Under the pieces are notes generated by a model that worked only from the letters and a program-made list of their open reading frames with translations, did no database searches and was not told the origin of the DNA. A stretch of 64,000 bases of DNA from Calditrichia bacterium (GTDB lineage: Bacteria > Calditrichota > Calditrichia > JAJRVZ01), in NCBI GenBank assembly GCA_963796965.1, contig CAWCNS010000009.1, positions 64,001 to 128,000 of the forward strand, given 5' to 3'. Positions 47,173 through 57,216 of the stretch are shown here, piece by piece; within the stretch, counting starts at the first letter, position 1, and each line of letters begins with the position of its first letter. The translations under genes were made by a program, and so were the position numbers.

Positions 47173-48804
47173 TCATCTGCCACCTGCATCCTTTTTATCA
47201 GCTGGCAGTTTCTTCTTCAGTATTTTATCCGCAGCCAATTTACCGGTAAGAATCGACATCGGAACACCTGCGGGACTGTAAGCCCATTGCCCAGCCTGAA
47301 AAATTGACGGGATTGGTGTCAGAACAGAACGATCTGAAATTTGTATTTTATTGACGACCGGCAGCGGCCTTTCGAAAGTCCATCCCGTTATAGCCCCTTC
47401 TGAACTGCTGATTCGGCTCTCAATATCCAGGGGGGTAAAAGAAAATCGTTTCATTATTTTTTCGTTTAACATCGGGTAGATCGATTCAGATATAACACGC
47501 ACAATCCGATCTTCAATCTCGTTTTTAAAGGCATCGTACCACCCGGCATCCCGTACTTTTTTGAATAAATCATATTCGGCAAGGAAACTGATAATCAGCC
47601 CTGTTTTACCAGGCGGAGCCAAATCGGGATCTTTCAGCCCGGGAATAGAAATTTCGTAGGTATTTAGCTGGGTGAATTTGTCCAGCCAGGTGAGGATCTC
47701 TTCCTTTTCACTATTTTCCCAGTTGTTCAACAGACTCCTCAGCTCTTCACGATGAGTTTCACCCAGGCCCTGTTTTGAGGGTGTGTAGAAAAAATGTCCA
47801 TTGGCAATTTTTTTGAAACTTTCCAGCGGTTCATCCACCTCCAGGAAGAGAGTGAAAACAGAATCTCCGCCTCGACTGGCGTGCATCTTTTTACCCGTAT
47901 CCTCGAACTTGGCTTTAATTTCTGGTTGCAGCCCGTCAGTCACTGCAACCCTGTACAATGTTTTTAAATCAGCTGCCCAGATAAGATTATTATACGGGTA
48001 GATGACATTGTTTTGATCTTTAGCACGACATGTATTAACCTCGACCTCATTAATAGTCGTCTCTGTTTTTATTGTTCCCCCGAATTCAATTATTTTTTCT
48101 TTCACGGTGTCCGCTAATTTCCCAACACCACCTTTGGGATAGAAATAATCCAGATAAAGGGAAAAATAGCTAAGTGCAAAGAATGTCGGTGTATTTTTAA
48201 AGAAATGCTGTGAAATGATATCTTTAAGGGAGGGATTTTTCACAATGGTATCTAAATATTCTTCTACCGGCATATTCATCCGGTTTATTTTACCCACCGT
48301 GAAAATGAATTTAGGGAGCCAGGGCAACAATTTTTTGAAAATGAAATCTTTATCATGCACAAAATCTTTAAACACCGGATTTTCAATACCGTAGAGTACA
48401 TCCATGTGCTTCATTATCTTTCGGATAATTTTGAGGATTGCATCAATTTCACTTCCACTTTCAGGATAGAGTTTTTTCAGCAGCTCCCGATAGGTTTCCA
48501 GGCTCTCTAAACTATCTATAGTAATGATTTCATTTTCAATGCCGAGCGAGACCGGGCTTTTGACTATGTCAAGCTCAATTCCTAAATCCCTAAGCATGGG
48601 AAGAATAATCCCGGCATCTTCAAGGGCCCTGAGGCCAGCATCAAAATGAAATCCATCTCTGGTAAAGGAATTTACCAATCCGCCACACTCTTTGTTTTTT
48701 TCAAAAAGCAATACATTGTGGCCGGCACGTGAGAGGTATGCGGCTGCGGTCAATCCAGCTATTCCCCCTCCTACAATAAGTGTCGTGGGTTTTTTATCAG
48801 ACAT
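47173..48804 (-). CDS. Phytoene desaturase-like FAD-dependent oxidoreductase
   Basis: IVGGGIAGLTAA...EK..GG Rossmann motif, YPKGG, LAPPGK, TPLD and AGQWA...GVP motifs. Confidence 0.85.
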   Translation of the reverse strand: MSDKKPTTLIVGGGIAGLTAAAYLSRAGHNVLLFEKNKECGGLVNSFTRDGFHFDAGLRALEDAGIILPMLRDLGIELDIVKSPVSLGIENEIITIDSLESLETYRELLKKLYPESGSEIDAILKIIRKIMKHMDVLYGIENPVFKDFVHDKDFIFKKLLPWLPKFIFTVGKINRMNMPVEEYLDTIVKNPSLKDIISQHFFKNTPTFFALSYFSLYLDYFYPKGGVGKLADTVKEKIIEFGGTIKTETTINEVEVNTCRAKDQNNVIYPYNNLIWAADLKTLYRVAVTDGLQPEIKAKFEDTGKKMHASRGGDSVFTLFLEVDEPLESFKKIANGHFFYTPSKQGLGETHREELRSLLNNWENSEKEEILTWLDKFTQLNTYEISIPGLKDPDLAPPGKTGLIISFLAEYDLFKKVRDAGWYDAFKNEIEDRIVRVISESIYPMLNEKIMKRFSFTPLDIESRISSSEGAITGWTFERPLPVVNKIQISDRSVLTPIPSIFQAGQWAYSPAGVPMSILTGKLAADKILKKKLPADKKDAGGR

Positions 48805-48848
48805 ACTATGACCTTTCCTCAACAAAGAATGCATATCGTTCGAAGCTG

Positions 48849-49820
48849 TTACAATTTTTTGGGCGCCAGGCAGCCCATTTCCAGACTCTTTTCCCATAGT
48901 TCATAGGCGACCTCTTTGTCCAGGGCCGGGGGGGCAGGTTCTTCTTCAGTGGTTAAATTAAAAAATTTTCCACTAACGGCCTCGAGTTCCTTTGAGACGC
49001 CCAGATAATAGAGCGCTTCGGCCGATATGTCTGTAGATTTTAGTATTTTATCCAGAAGATTCCGCTTATACCAGCGATAAAATCGACCGTTATCCTGACC
49101 TGTATCGGTTTTTACTGCTCCCGGATGTATTGCGTTTATTGTGACACCCGAATTTTTACACAGTTCATCAAATACGAGCATTGTTAACAACTGGGCTAGT
49201 TTGGCCGAACCATAACTTTTTAAACCGGAATATCGGTGTCTTTCCCAGTTCAGATCATCCAGATGCAGGCCCCAGGCGGCAAAACGGTGGCCTTCGGAAC
49301 TGACCAGGATTATTCTGGCGCTTGCCTGCGATTTAAGCTTCTGCAGCAGCTTATACGTAATAATAAAGGAAGAGAGATAATGAACTGCCAAAACCATCTC
49401 AATGCCGTCTGGGGTAATTTCTCTTTTAGTCAGATAGACACCTGCATTACATATTAACACATCAATCGGAGTTTTGACATTGACCAGTTCATCTGCTACG
49501 CGATGAATCTCCTGCAAACTACTCAGATCAGCGAGAATATAATTACAGGTGACGTCGTATTCGCTCTCAATTTCGCGGCGTAAATCCTCAGATTTCTGCG
49601 GATTGCGATTGATGCAGAGGAGGTTTGCGCCCTGAGAGGCGTATTTTCTGGCCGTTACATACCCAATGCCCGAGGTCGCCCCGGTGATGACTACAAGTTT
49701 TCCCGTGAACGAATCAGGAGAAACTTTAGGGTCCACGGTACCATTTCTTATCATGGCAAATATATTGGACCATTTATATGCTTTGAAATATTGAAAGAAT
49801 TTTTTGTTTTTCTTCATCAC
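48849..49820 (-). CDS. Short-chain dehydrogenase (retinol-dehydrogenase-like)
   Basis: TGATSGIG, NAG, YGSAK and HPGAVKT motifs. Confidence 0.9.
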   Translation of the reverse strand: MMKKNKKFFQYFKAYKWSNIFAMIRNGTVDPKVSPDSFTGKLVVITGATSGIGYVTARKYASQGANLLCINRNPQKSEDLRREIESEYDVTCNYILADLSSLQEIHRVADELVNVKTPIDVLICNAGVYLTKREITPDGIEMVLAVHYLSSFIITYKLLQKLKSQASARIILVSSEGHRFAAWGLHLDDLNWERHRYSGLKSYGSAKLAQLLTMLVFDELCKNSGVTINAIHPGAVKTDTGQDNGRFYRWYKRNLLDKILKSTDISAEALYYLGVSKELEAVSGKFFNLTTEEEPAPPALDKEVAYELWEKSLEMGCLAPKKL

Positions 49821-49823
49821 TGT

Positions 49824-50282
49824 TTACCCGAATTTCTTGTGCATAAATTTCCTGTAGGCTTTACCAAATCTCGGGATGTTGTCAAAAATATCTCCCCAGA
49901 GATCATAGTAATCTCTCTGTTCCGCAATTTTGCCCGCTTCATTGAGGGTGACGCGGCTTGAACCGTAGAGGACTGAACTTGGGTTCTTCTTGTAGCTGAT
50001 GGTCATCTCCCATTCGATAAAAATAATATTTTCCTGCTGGGCTGTTCTGACAACATGCATTTTTAAATCTTTTGAGCGATCTGCCAGACGTTCAGTCATT
50101 GCGGTAAAATCTGCGATGCCGTGTATTTCCTGAATGGAATCCCTAAAGTATATCTGGTCATCATAATAGGGCAGAATATGTGACCAATCAGGTTTCCCTT
50201 CTGTATTATAGGTTTTGGACCACAATTCTTTAATAGAGTCTTGATTTAGCACTAACTTTTCACCGGTATCTTTTTCCTGCAT
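49824..50282 (-). CDS. NTF2/SnoaL-like protein
   Basis: YDDQIYFRD...G and C-terminal QRDYYD pattern. Confidence 0.8.
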   Translation of the reverse strand: MQEKDTGEKLVLNQDSIKELWSKTYNTEGKPDWSHILPYYDDQIYFRDSIQEIHGIADFTAMTERLADRSKDLKMHVVRTAQQENIIFIEWEMTISYKKNPSSVLYGSSRVTLNEAGKIAEQRDYYDLWGDIFDNIPRFGKAYRKFMHKKFG

Positions 50283-50374
50283 TTTACTCTTCCTTTTTTC
50301 GATTTGAAAACAGATGCCGTTTTAACTGTTCCTGTATTTATGACAGAAGGTGATGGGCGCAGGATGACCAGTGC

Positions 50375-51055
50375 TTACAAATACATACCCAATGCAAAAG
50401 TATAATTCTGGTTGCGCAGCGGCGCAGGCGCCTCACCCGGAAAAGTCGGCATTAATAATGTATTCCAACCAATGGTAAACCGGTAACCAAAAAACCAATC
50501 TCTATCCAGAAAGGGAAATTCGACACCAAGGCCATAAAGGAAACTGTAATCAAAAATATCGAGGCCCTTTATTTCATCGGAATATTTAAATTGTATCTGA
50601 GCGCCATCCACTTCAACAGTACCCTCCAGCTGGACCTGACCATTTAATAAAATAGACAGCGCATAGCCACAGGTCCCGTATATCTTAAATTCGCCTAAAT
50701 CAAAAATGACGTATTTTAAAACAAGCGGGATTTCAAAATAGTTAAGATCATATACGACATAGGTATTGACTAATTGGTCAGGTATGCCAATGTCCTGTCT
50801 GGATCCTTTCATGACATAGAGAAATTCCTGTTGTATACTAAACGTTTCCGTGACCGGAAAATTAAACAGCAGGCCGCCTGCCGCAGCGTGCCTCCAGAAC
50901 GTATCTACCGTATATTCATTATCTACGGGGGTGATCCCATACTGAAGCGACATGCTGTATCCCCCCCTGAACCCAAAACGCAGACCGGTCTGGGCTGAGA
51001 AGGAATTAGTTAATAGAAGAAGCAATAATATGGAAGCACTAAGAAACTTTATCAT
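50375..51055 (-). CDS. Outer-membrane beta-barrel protein (PorT-like)
   Basis: Signal peptide, FGFRGG, LNYFEIPL and C-terminal aromatic strand. Confidence 0.78.
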   Translation of the reverse strand: MIKFLSASILLLLLLTNSFSAQTGLRFGFRGGYSMSLQYGITPVDNEYTVDTFWRHAAAGGLLFNFPVTETFSIQQEFLYVMKGSRQDIGIPDQLVNTYVVYDLNYFEIPLVLKYVIFDLGEFKIYGTCGYALSILLNGQVQLEGTVEVDGAQIQFKYSDEIKGLDIFDYSFLYGLGVEFPFLDRDWFFGYRFTIGWNTLLMPTFPGEAPAPLRNQNYTFALGMYL

Positions 51056-51340
51056 TTTCCTACCCTGGCTAAGGATATAGTACATATTCCATGATTTTTA
51101 ATGAAAATATAGATCCTGGAATAGCAGAAATTATTAATTTTAGATTATAATATAGCAAATTTTTAACTATTTTTTATAGTTTTGATTTATTTTAATTGCC
51201 ACTAATTAATTGAAAGGGTGTTAAAAAGGGTGGGAGAATTTTCACACGTCGACTGAACCTGATCAAGTATTGTTGTGGCAAGAGAATGATAAGAGGAGAG
51301 TCAAGGCAAGTCTGAAATAAAATTGAGGCTTGAAGCAGTC

Positions 51341-51442
51341 CGGTCCGGACCCCGAATCTTTCGCCTTGCTCGCTCTGCGGGGCAGGCGGTGGTCTCAGCG
51401 AACTCTTTTGATTAAAACGATTTATTTCAGATAAATCATTTT
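51341..51442 (-). repeat. Junction element copy C
   Basis: CGGTCCGGA[37-bp insert]CGGTGGTCTCAGCGAACTCTTTTGATTAAAACGATTTATTTCAGATAAATCATTTT. Confidence 0.8.
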
Positions 51443-51572
51443 AATCAATGTGTTAGATATTATTCTTTGCATTGGAATGGCAAAAATTTATCTTGGAAAT
51501 GATGGATATATATAGTTATCTTATTTCAAAACTTTACTCTTAACTCTCCTTAAACAATAATAGAGATTAGAC

Positions 51573-53812
51573 ATGCCTATTGAAATTGGTAAAGCAATTT
51601 CTCACTACCGCATTCTGGAAAAAATTGGCTCCGGCGGCATGGCCATTGTCTATAAAGCGGAAGATACTAATTTAAAACGTACCGTCGCCCTTAAATTCTT
51701 ACCACCTCAGATAACCGTCAATGAAGAAACCAGAAGAAGATTTATAACTGAAGCTCAATCCGCCTCCTCTTTGGATCATCCAAATATTTGTACGATCTAT
51801 GAAATTGGTTCCTCTGATGATGACCAGATGTTCATTGCCATGGGATTTTATGAAGGTGAAACCCTGAAATTGAAAATTGAAAAGGGAAAATTGGAAGTTA
51901 ATGAGGCTGTTAATATCACAATTCAAACAGCTGCGGGGCTTTCCAAAGCTCATGAAAAGGGCATCATCCACCGTGATATCAAACCGGCCAATATCATGAT
52001 CACAAATGATGGCATGATAAAAATACTCGACTTTGGCCTGGCTAAACTCTCCGGGCACACGACCATGACCAAAACCGGAACCATGCTCGGTACGACTGTA
52101 TATATGTCTCCGGAACAGGCCAGTGGCGAGAAAGTTGACCAGCGTACCGATATCTGGTCTTTGGGTGTCATTATGTATGAAATGCTTTGTGCATATCCCC
52201 CCTTTCAGGGAGATAATGAACAGGCGATGATGTATGCCATCCTGAACAAAGATCCAAAACCAATCATTTCATATCGTAAAGAAATTCCTGATTATATCGA
52301 AAAAGTTATTTATAAAGCCCTGGTCAAAGATGCCGATCAACGCTATCAGAATGTTGAAGAACTGGTTAAAGATCTGACCGCGAAATCGGCACCGGATGTG
52401 GACCTGCCGGCCATGGAAAATTCGATTGTGGTTCTTCCTTTTAAAGATTTTAGTGAGAAAAAAGAAAATGAATATTTCAGCGATGGCTTAACTGAAGAAA
52501 TCATTACCGATTTGTCAAAAGTGAAAAATCTATTGGTGATCTCACGCAGTTCAGCCATGACTTTTAAAGGTACGGATAAAAAAGTTAGAGAAATCGGCAA
52601 AGACCTCAACGTACAATATGCCCTGGAGGGCAGTGTGCGAAAATCAGGCGACAAACTACGTATTCATGCTCAGTTAATTGACACTAAATACGATACGCAT
52701 ATCTGGGCAGAAAAATACAGTGGTACGCTGGAGGATGTTTTTGATATTCAGGAGCAAGTGTCCCGTTCGATTGTCAATGCATTGCAATTGAAATTAAGTC
52801 CGGAGGAGGATAAAAAACTAACCAAACGTCCGATCAAAAATATTCAGGCTTATGAGTGTTATCTGCGTGCGCGGCAGGAAAGCTGGCTGTTTACACCGGA
52901 TGCCCTGGAGCGTGCTATCGGTTATCTGCAGAATGGTCTGGATATCATCGGTGAGAATGCGCTACTCTATGCCGGAATGGGCTATGTTTACTCACAGTGT
53001 GTAAACATGGGATTAGAAATGGAGTCAAATATTGTTAAAGCCCAGGAGAATGCAGAAAAGGCCCTACAACTGGACCCGGAATCTTCCGAAGCCCATCTGG
53101 TACTTGGTCTGCTTAGTCAGGTTTTGGGCGGTAATGAGCGTAAGACGATCTCACATCTAAGGCAAGCTTTGGCTATTAATCCCGGCGATACTCATGCGAT
53201 AATATGGTTAGGGGTTTCACTCTGTAATGTTGGGAAGACAAAAGAGGCGCGTGTACTATTGGAAAATTTAAAACAACTGGATCCACTTACACCAATGAGC
53301 AGGGGGACTTTGCGCTTGTTGATATAGGCGAAGGGCGTGGTGAACAGGGAGTTGAAAATGTTTATGACTGGTTCCATTTCGAACCGCAAAATCCCGCTGC
53401 TGTTTTCTTCTACGCTTTATCATTGGTATATGCCGGGAGATTAAAAGAAGCGACCGCGATCCTGGGTCAGCATATTCATATAGATTGGCATGATACGTTT
53501 ACAAAACAAAGTCTCCTGGTTAAATATGCGATTGAGAAAAACAAGAAAAAAATAGAGCAATTAGTATCCGGTGATTTCGAAAAAACAGTTAGAAGTGATT
53601 TGCAAACCACCTATTTTGCATCTGTTATGTATGTTATCGCTGGTATGAAGGATGCGGCTCTGGAACTTCTTGAGCATGCGGTCAATAATGGATCTATCAA
53701 CTATCCACTTATGTCAGAACTTGATCCTAATCTGGAGCCAATTCGCGGGGAAGAGCGATTTAAAAAACTGATGATACGTGCGAAACATGAATGGGAAAAT
53801 TTTGATGCCTGA
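51573..53812 (+). CDS. Hanks-type Ser/Thr kinase with TolB-like and TPR domains (frameshift near 53310-53420)
   Basis: IGSGGMAIVY, VALK, HRDIKPAN, DFGLA, YMSPEQ; SIVVLPF...YFSDGLTEEII; TPR repeats; C-terminal DPNLEPIRGEERF. Confidence 0.9.
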
Positions 53813-53869
53813 CCCACCCCCTCTTTACCCCTCCCTAATCAGATTAGGGAGGGGATTAAAGGGAGAAGA

Positions 53870-55442
53870 TTAATTTTTCTTTATCCCAAACTTTCGCATT
53901 CGATATCTTAAGGTACTCTCATGGAGATCTGAGCTCTTCTGCCGTAGAAGACTGATTCCATTTATTTCTTTGTAAGGCCTTTAAGATCATATCTTTTTCG
54001 TAATCTGCTTTTTTCTCTTTTATGCTTACTGTCTTGTTTTTCACGTTTTTAGTGGTTTTTGAAAATGCTTTTCCTGTTCTTGTAAAACTATCTTCTGGCA
54101 GAAGGTTTGGGGTGATATAATCGGCTCCTGGTTCGGCCAGAATGACCATTCTTTCGATGACATTTTCCAGTTCGCGGATATTGCCCGGCCAATTGTATGA
54201 TTCCATTAACTGTAATGTCTCATTTTTCAGGCCTGCCAACTGCTTTTGATATTTTTCAGCATACTTTTTCAGAAAATGATTGGCCAATAAGACAATATCT
54301 CCACGACGCTCTCTTAAAGAAGGCAAGTTTACATTAACCACACTCAGACGATAATAAAGATCTTCTCTGAAAGTCCCTGCTTCCACCCTCTCTTTTAAAT
54401 TGTCACTGGCAGCTGAAATTACGCGGACATTTACCTTTTTTACTTTCGTGCTGCCCAGGGGACGAATTTCACCTTCCTGTAAAACACGCAGAAGTTTACT
54501 TTGAATATTTGTCGGCATATTTGTGATTTCATCGAGAAAAAGGGTGCCCTTATGGGCTTCATCAAAAAGACCTGGTTTATCTTGTGAGGCACCGGTAAAT
54601 GCACCCTTTACATAGCCAAACAATTCGCTTTCCAAAAGATTCTCCGGAAAAGCACCACAATCAACAGCGACAAAAGGTCCTTCCTTTTGAGGGCCGTTGT
54701 AATGCAAAATTCGGGCGATTAGTTCCTTCCCGCTGCCACTTTCGCCTTCGATCATCACCCGTGCATCGGTGGGGATGATCCTCTCCAGCAGTGAAAAAAC
54801 TTCCAGCAATTTTGAGCTGCTGCCAATCACTTCTCTGAAGGTATAGGTTTTATCCAGTTCTTTGCGTAAGCGGTTTTTTTCCAGAAACAGCGACTCATGT
54901 AATCCGGCATTGACGATTAGATGGACACATTGTGTTGCCAACAGTTCCATGAGCTGAAATTCTCTGGCAGCGAAACGAACATTTTTACTCAGTGAGACCA
55001 GATTAATTACACCGAGCATCTTATCCATTTTTAAAATAGGCATGCTGAGCACAGAGGTTATATTACGATGTTTTTTTTTGATTATCTTTTCACCAAACAA
55101 ACCGATAAGATCGTCAGTAAGCAGGCTGCTCCCGTTGTCATATACCCATCCGGCCAGAAGATTGTTAAGTGTTGAGTCAATACTATATTTAACCTGATTC
55201 TCGGTGCGGATAAGGGTACGAGTCAGTTTTTCCTGATCCGGATCAAACAGGATGATGGAACCCTGATCGGCCTGACACAGACTGCTCGCTTCGGTAATGA
55301 CCATTTTGAGTACTTCTTCAACCTGTAGAGAAGATGAAACAGATCTGATTATTGTCAGGAGTCTTTCCAAATCATCCAGGCGTGTTTTTAACTCTTTGAT
55401 TTCTTTCTTTTGATTATCTAAATCATTCATCATTTTATACAC
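53870..55442 (-). CDS. GAF-domain sigma54-dependent activator (bEBP; frameshift in the HTH near 53920)
   Basis: GESGSGKE, ESELFGYVKGAFTGA, LFLDEI and WPGNIRELEN motifs; the HTH continues as ESTLRYRMRKFGIKKN* in another frame. Confidence 0.92.
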
Positions 55443-55454
55443 TTATTTTGGGTT

Positions 55455-55615
55455 TCGTAATAAACTACGATTAATTTTCGGTAAAATCTACGAAAAACCC
55501 CTCTTAAAAACAAATATGGATTTGAAATCATTTTAGCAACTTAAGAATAATCAATAAGTTATATCAAAATATTTTTTAAACTATATTGTTCTTAATAATT
55601 GGCACTATTCTTGAC
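55455..55615 (+). promoter_or_regulatory. Sigma54 promoter with two upstream activator sites and an IHF site
   Basis: TCGTAATAAACTACGA (55455) and TCGGTAAAATCTACGA (55478); IHF consensus AATCAATAAGTTA (55549); TTGGCACTATTCTTGA (55599) with GG-N10-GA spacing. Confidence 0.7.
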
Positions 55616-55700
55616 ATAATATTTTTATGTGGCTCTATATAGTGGAAGGTGATTAATACAATATTTACTTGACTAAGTCATTTTTTGAAGGAGGTGAATT

Positions 55701-56993
55701 ATGAAATCGTTTTTCACAAATTTATTTTTAATGGTGCTATTTTTGGCATCAACATTCACTACATCTGTTGCTCAAGACGCATGGGATTATAAAGTTGCAT
55801 GCATGCCTTCAGTGCTTATGGTTGACAAAGCCTATTATATGTGGTATACAGGGAAATCACCAGCTCCAGTAGGTAGTATCGGTTTTGCATCTTCTGATAA
55901 CGGGATGGACTGGACAATGTATTCCGGAAATCCGGTGCTGGTTCATGAGCCTTTCAATGGATGGATGGAGGCAACTGTTTACGAGCCCAATGTTATTCAT
56001 GAGGATTCGCTTTTCCGTATGTGGTATACGTCATCTGATGATCCGCTGCTTCCCGGACCAATACACATCCATCATGCTACCTCAGTGGACGGTCTTATCT
56101 GGTCAAAAGATACAGTGAATAATCCGGTGATCAGTCCGGGATCAAATGGAAGTTGGGATGACGTATTTGTTGATAGTCATTGTATTATTAAGGTGGATAC
56201 GATCTACCATATGTGGTATGCTGGTGCTAATGGAACATACGTTCGCATCGGACATGCCACATCGCCCGATGGTGTCTCCTGGACAAAAGATGTTAACAAT
56301 CCGGTGCTGAGAAACGGAACTTTTAGTAGTTGGGATTATCCCAGAGTTGAAGCGCCAAATGTGATCTTTGAAAACAATACTTATCATATGTGGTATTCGG
56401 GCGGTGATCATTCAAATTGGCAAATTGGTTATGCCACGTCTGTTGATGGCGTAAATTGGACGAAACATGCAGGTAATCCGGTACTAAAAAGAGGATTAGC
56501 TGGTCGTTGGGACGACACTTATACAGGATTTTGTTCGGTACTTTTAGACACAGTGACATCAAAATACCAGATGTGGTACGTCGGAAGTGATACAAGTATG
56601 ATACATCTAACTCCCTGGAAAGTCACCTGCCAAATTGGTTTTGCTATCTCAGAGGATGGCATTACCTGGGAAAAAAATCCTGAACCAGTCGTATCCGAGA
56701 TTAGTAATGAGATCACCTATGACATTCCTACAAATTTTTATCTGATGCAAAATTATCCCAATCCCTTTAATCCATCAACGACTATCGAATTCCAAATTCC
56801 AAATTCCAAATTTACAACTCTGAAAGTCTACAACATGCTCGGTGAAGAAGTGGCAACTCTTGTTTCCAGGAAAATAAATCCAGGAAACCACACCTTTAAA
56901 TTTGATAGTAAAAATCTGGCAAGTGGTGTTTATTACTATCAGTTGGTTGCAGGGGACTTTCGGGATACTAAAAAAATGATAATTTTGAAATAG
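55701..56993 (+). CDS. Secreted five-bladed beta-propeller glycosidase-like protein with C-terminal sorting domain
   Basis: Repeated YHMWY.G...IGHATS.DG..W.K..NPVL..G..WD blades; QNYPNPFNP CTD. Confidence 0.8.
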   Translation: MKSFFTNLFLMVLFLASTFTTSVAQDAWDYKVACMPSVLMVDKAYYMWYTGKSPAPVGSIGFASSDNGMDWTMYSGNPVLVHEPFNGWMEATVYEPNVIHEDSLFRMWYTSSDDPLLPGPIHIHHATSVDGLIWSKDTVNNPVISPGSNGSWDDVFVDSHCIIKVDTIYHMWYAGANGTYVRIGHATSPDGVSWTKDVNNPVLRNGTFSSWDYPRVEAPNVIFENNTYHMWYSGGDHSNWQIGYATSVDGVNWTKHAGNPVLKRGLAGRWDDTYTGFCSVLLDTVTSKYQMWYVGSDTSMIHLTPWKVTCQIGFAISEDGITWEKNPEPVVSEISNEITYDIPTNFYLMQNYPNPFNPSTTIEFQIPNSKFTTLKVYNMLGEEVATLVSRKINPGNHTFKFDSKNLASGVYYYQLVAGDFRDTKKMIILK

Positions 56994-57216
56994 TATCATT
57001 TGCTACTCAAGAACATAAAAAATTGACAGGATAACAGGATAAACAGGATACTATAATTATTAAGTAATAAATGATAAAAATTTCTTTAAAAAACAGAATA
57101 ACAATACTTTTTATGAAAAATAAATTATGTAAATCATGTGGTCCTGTGATCCTTTGATCCCGGCTATATAAATGAATCACAGTATCATGTGATACAAATT
57201 ATAAATGAGGTACCTT

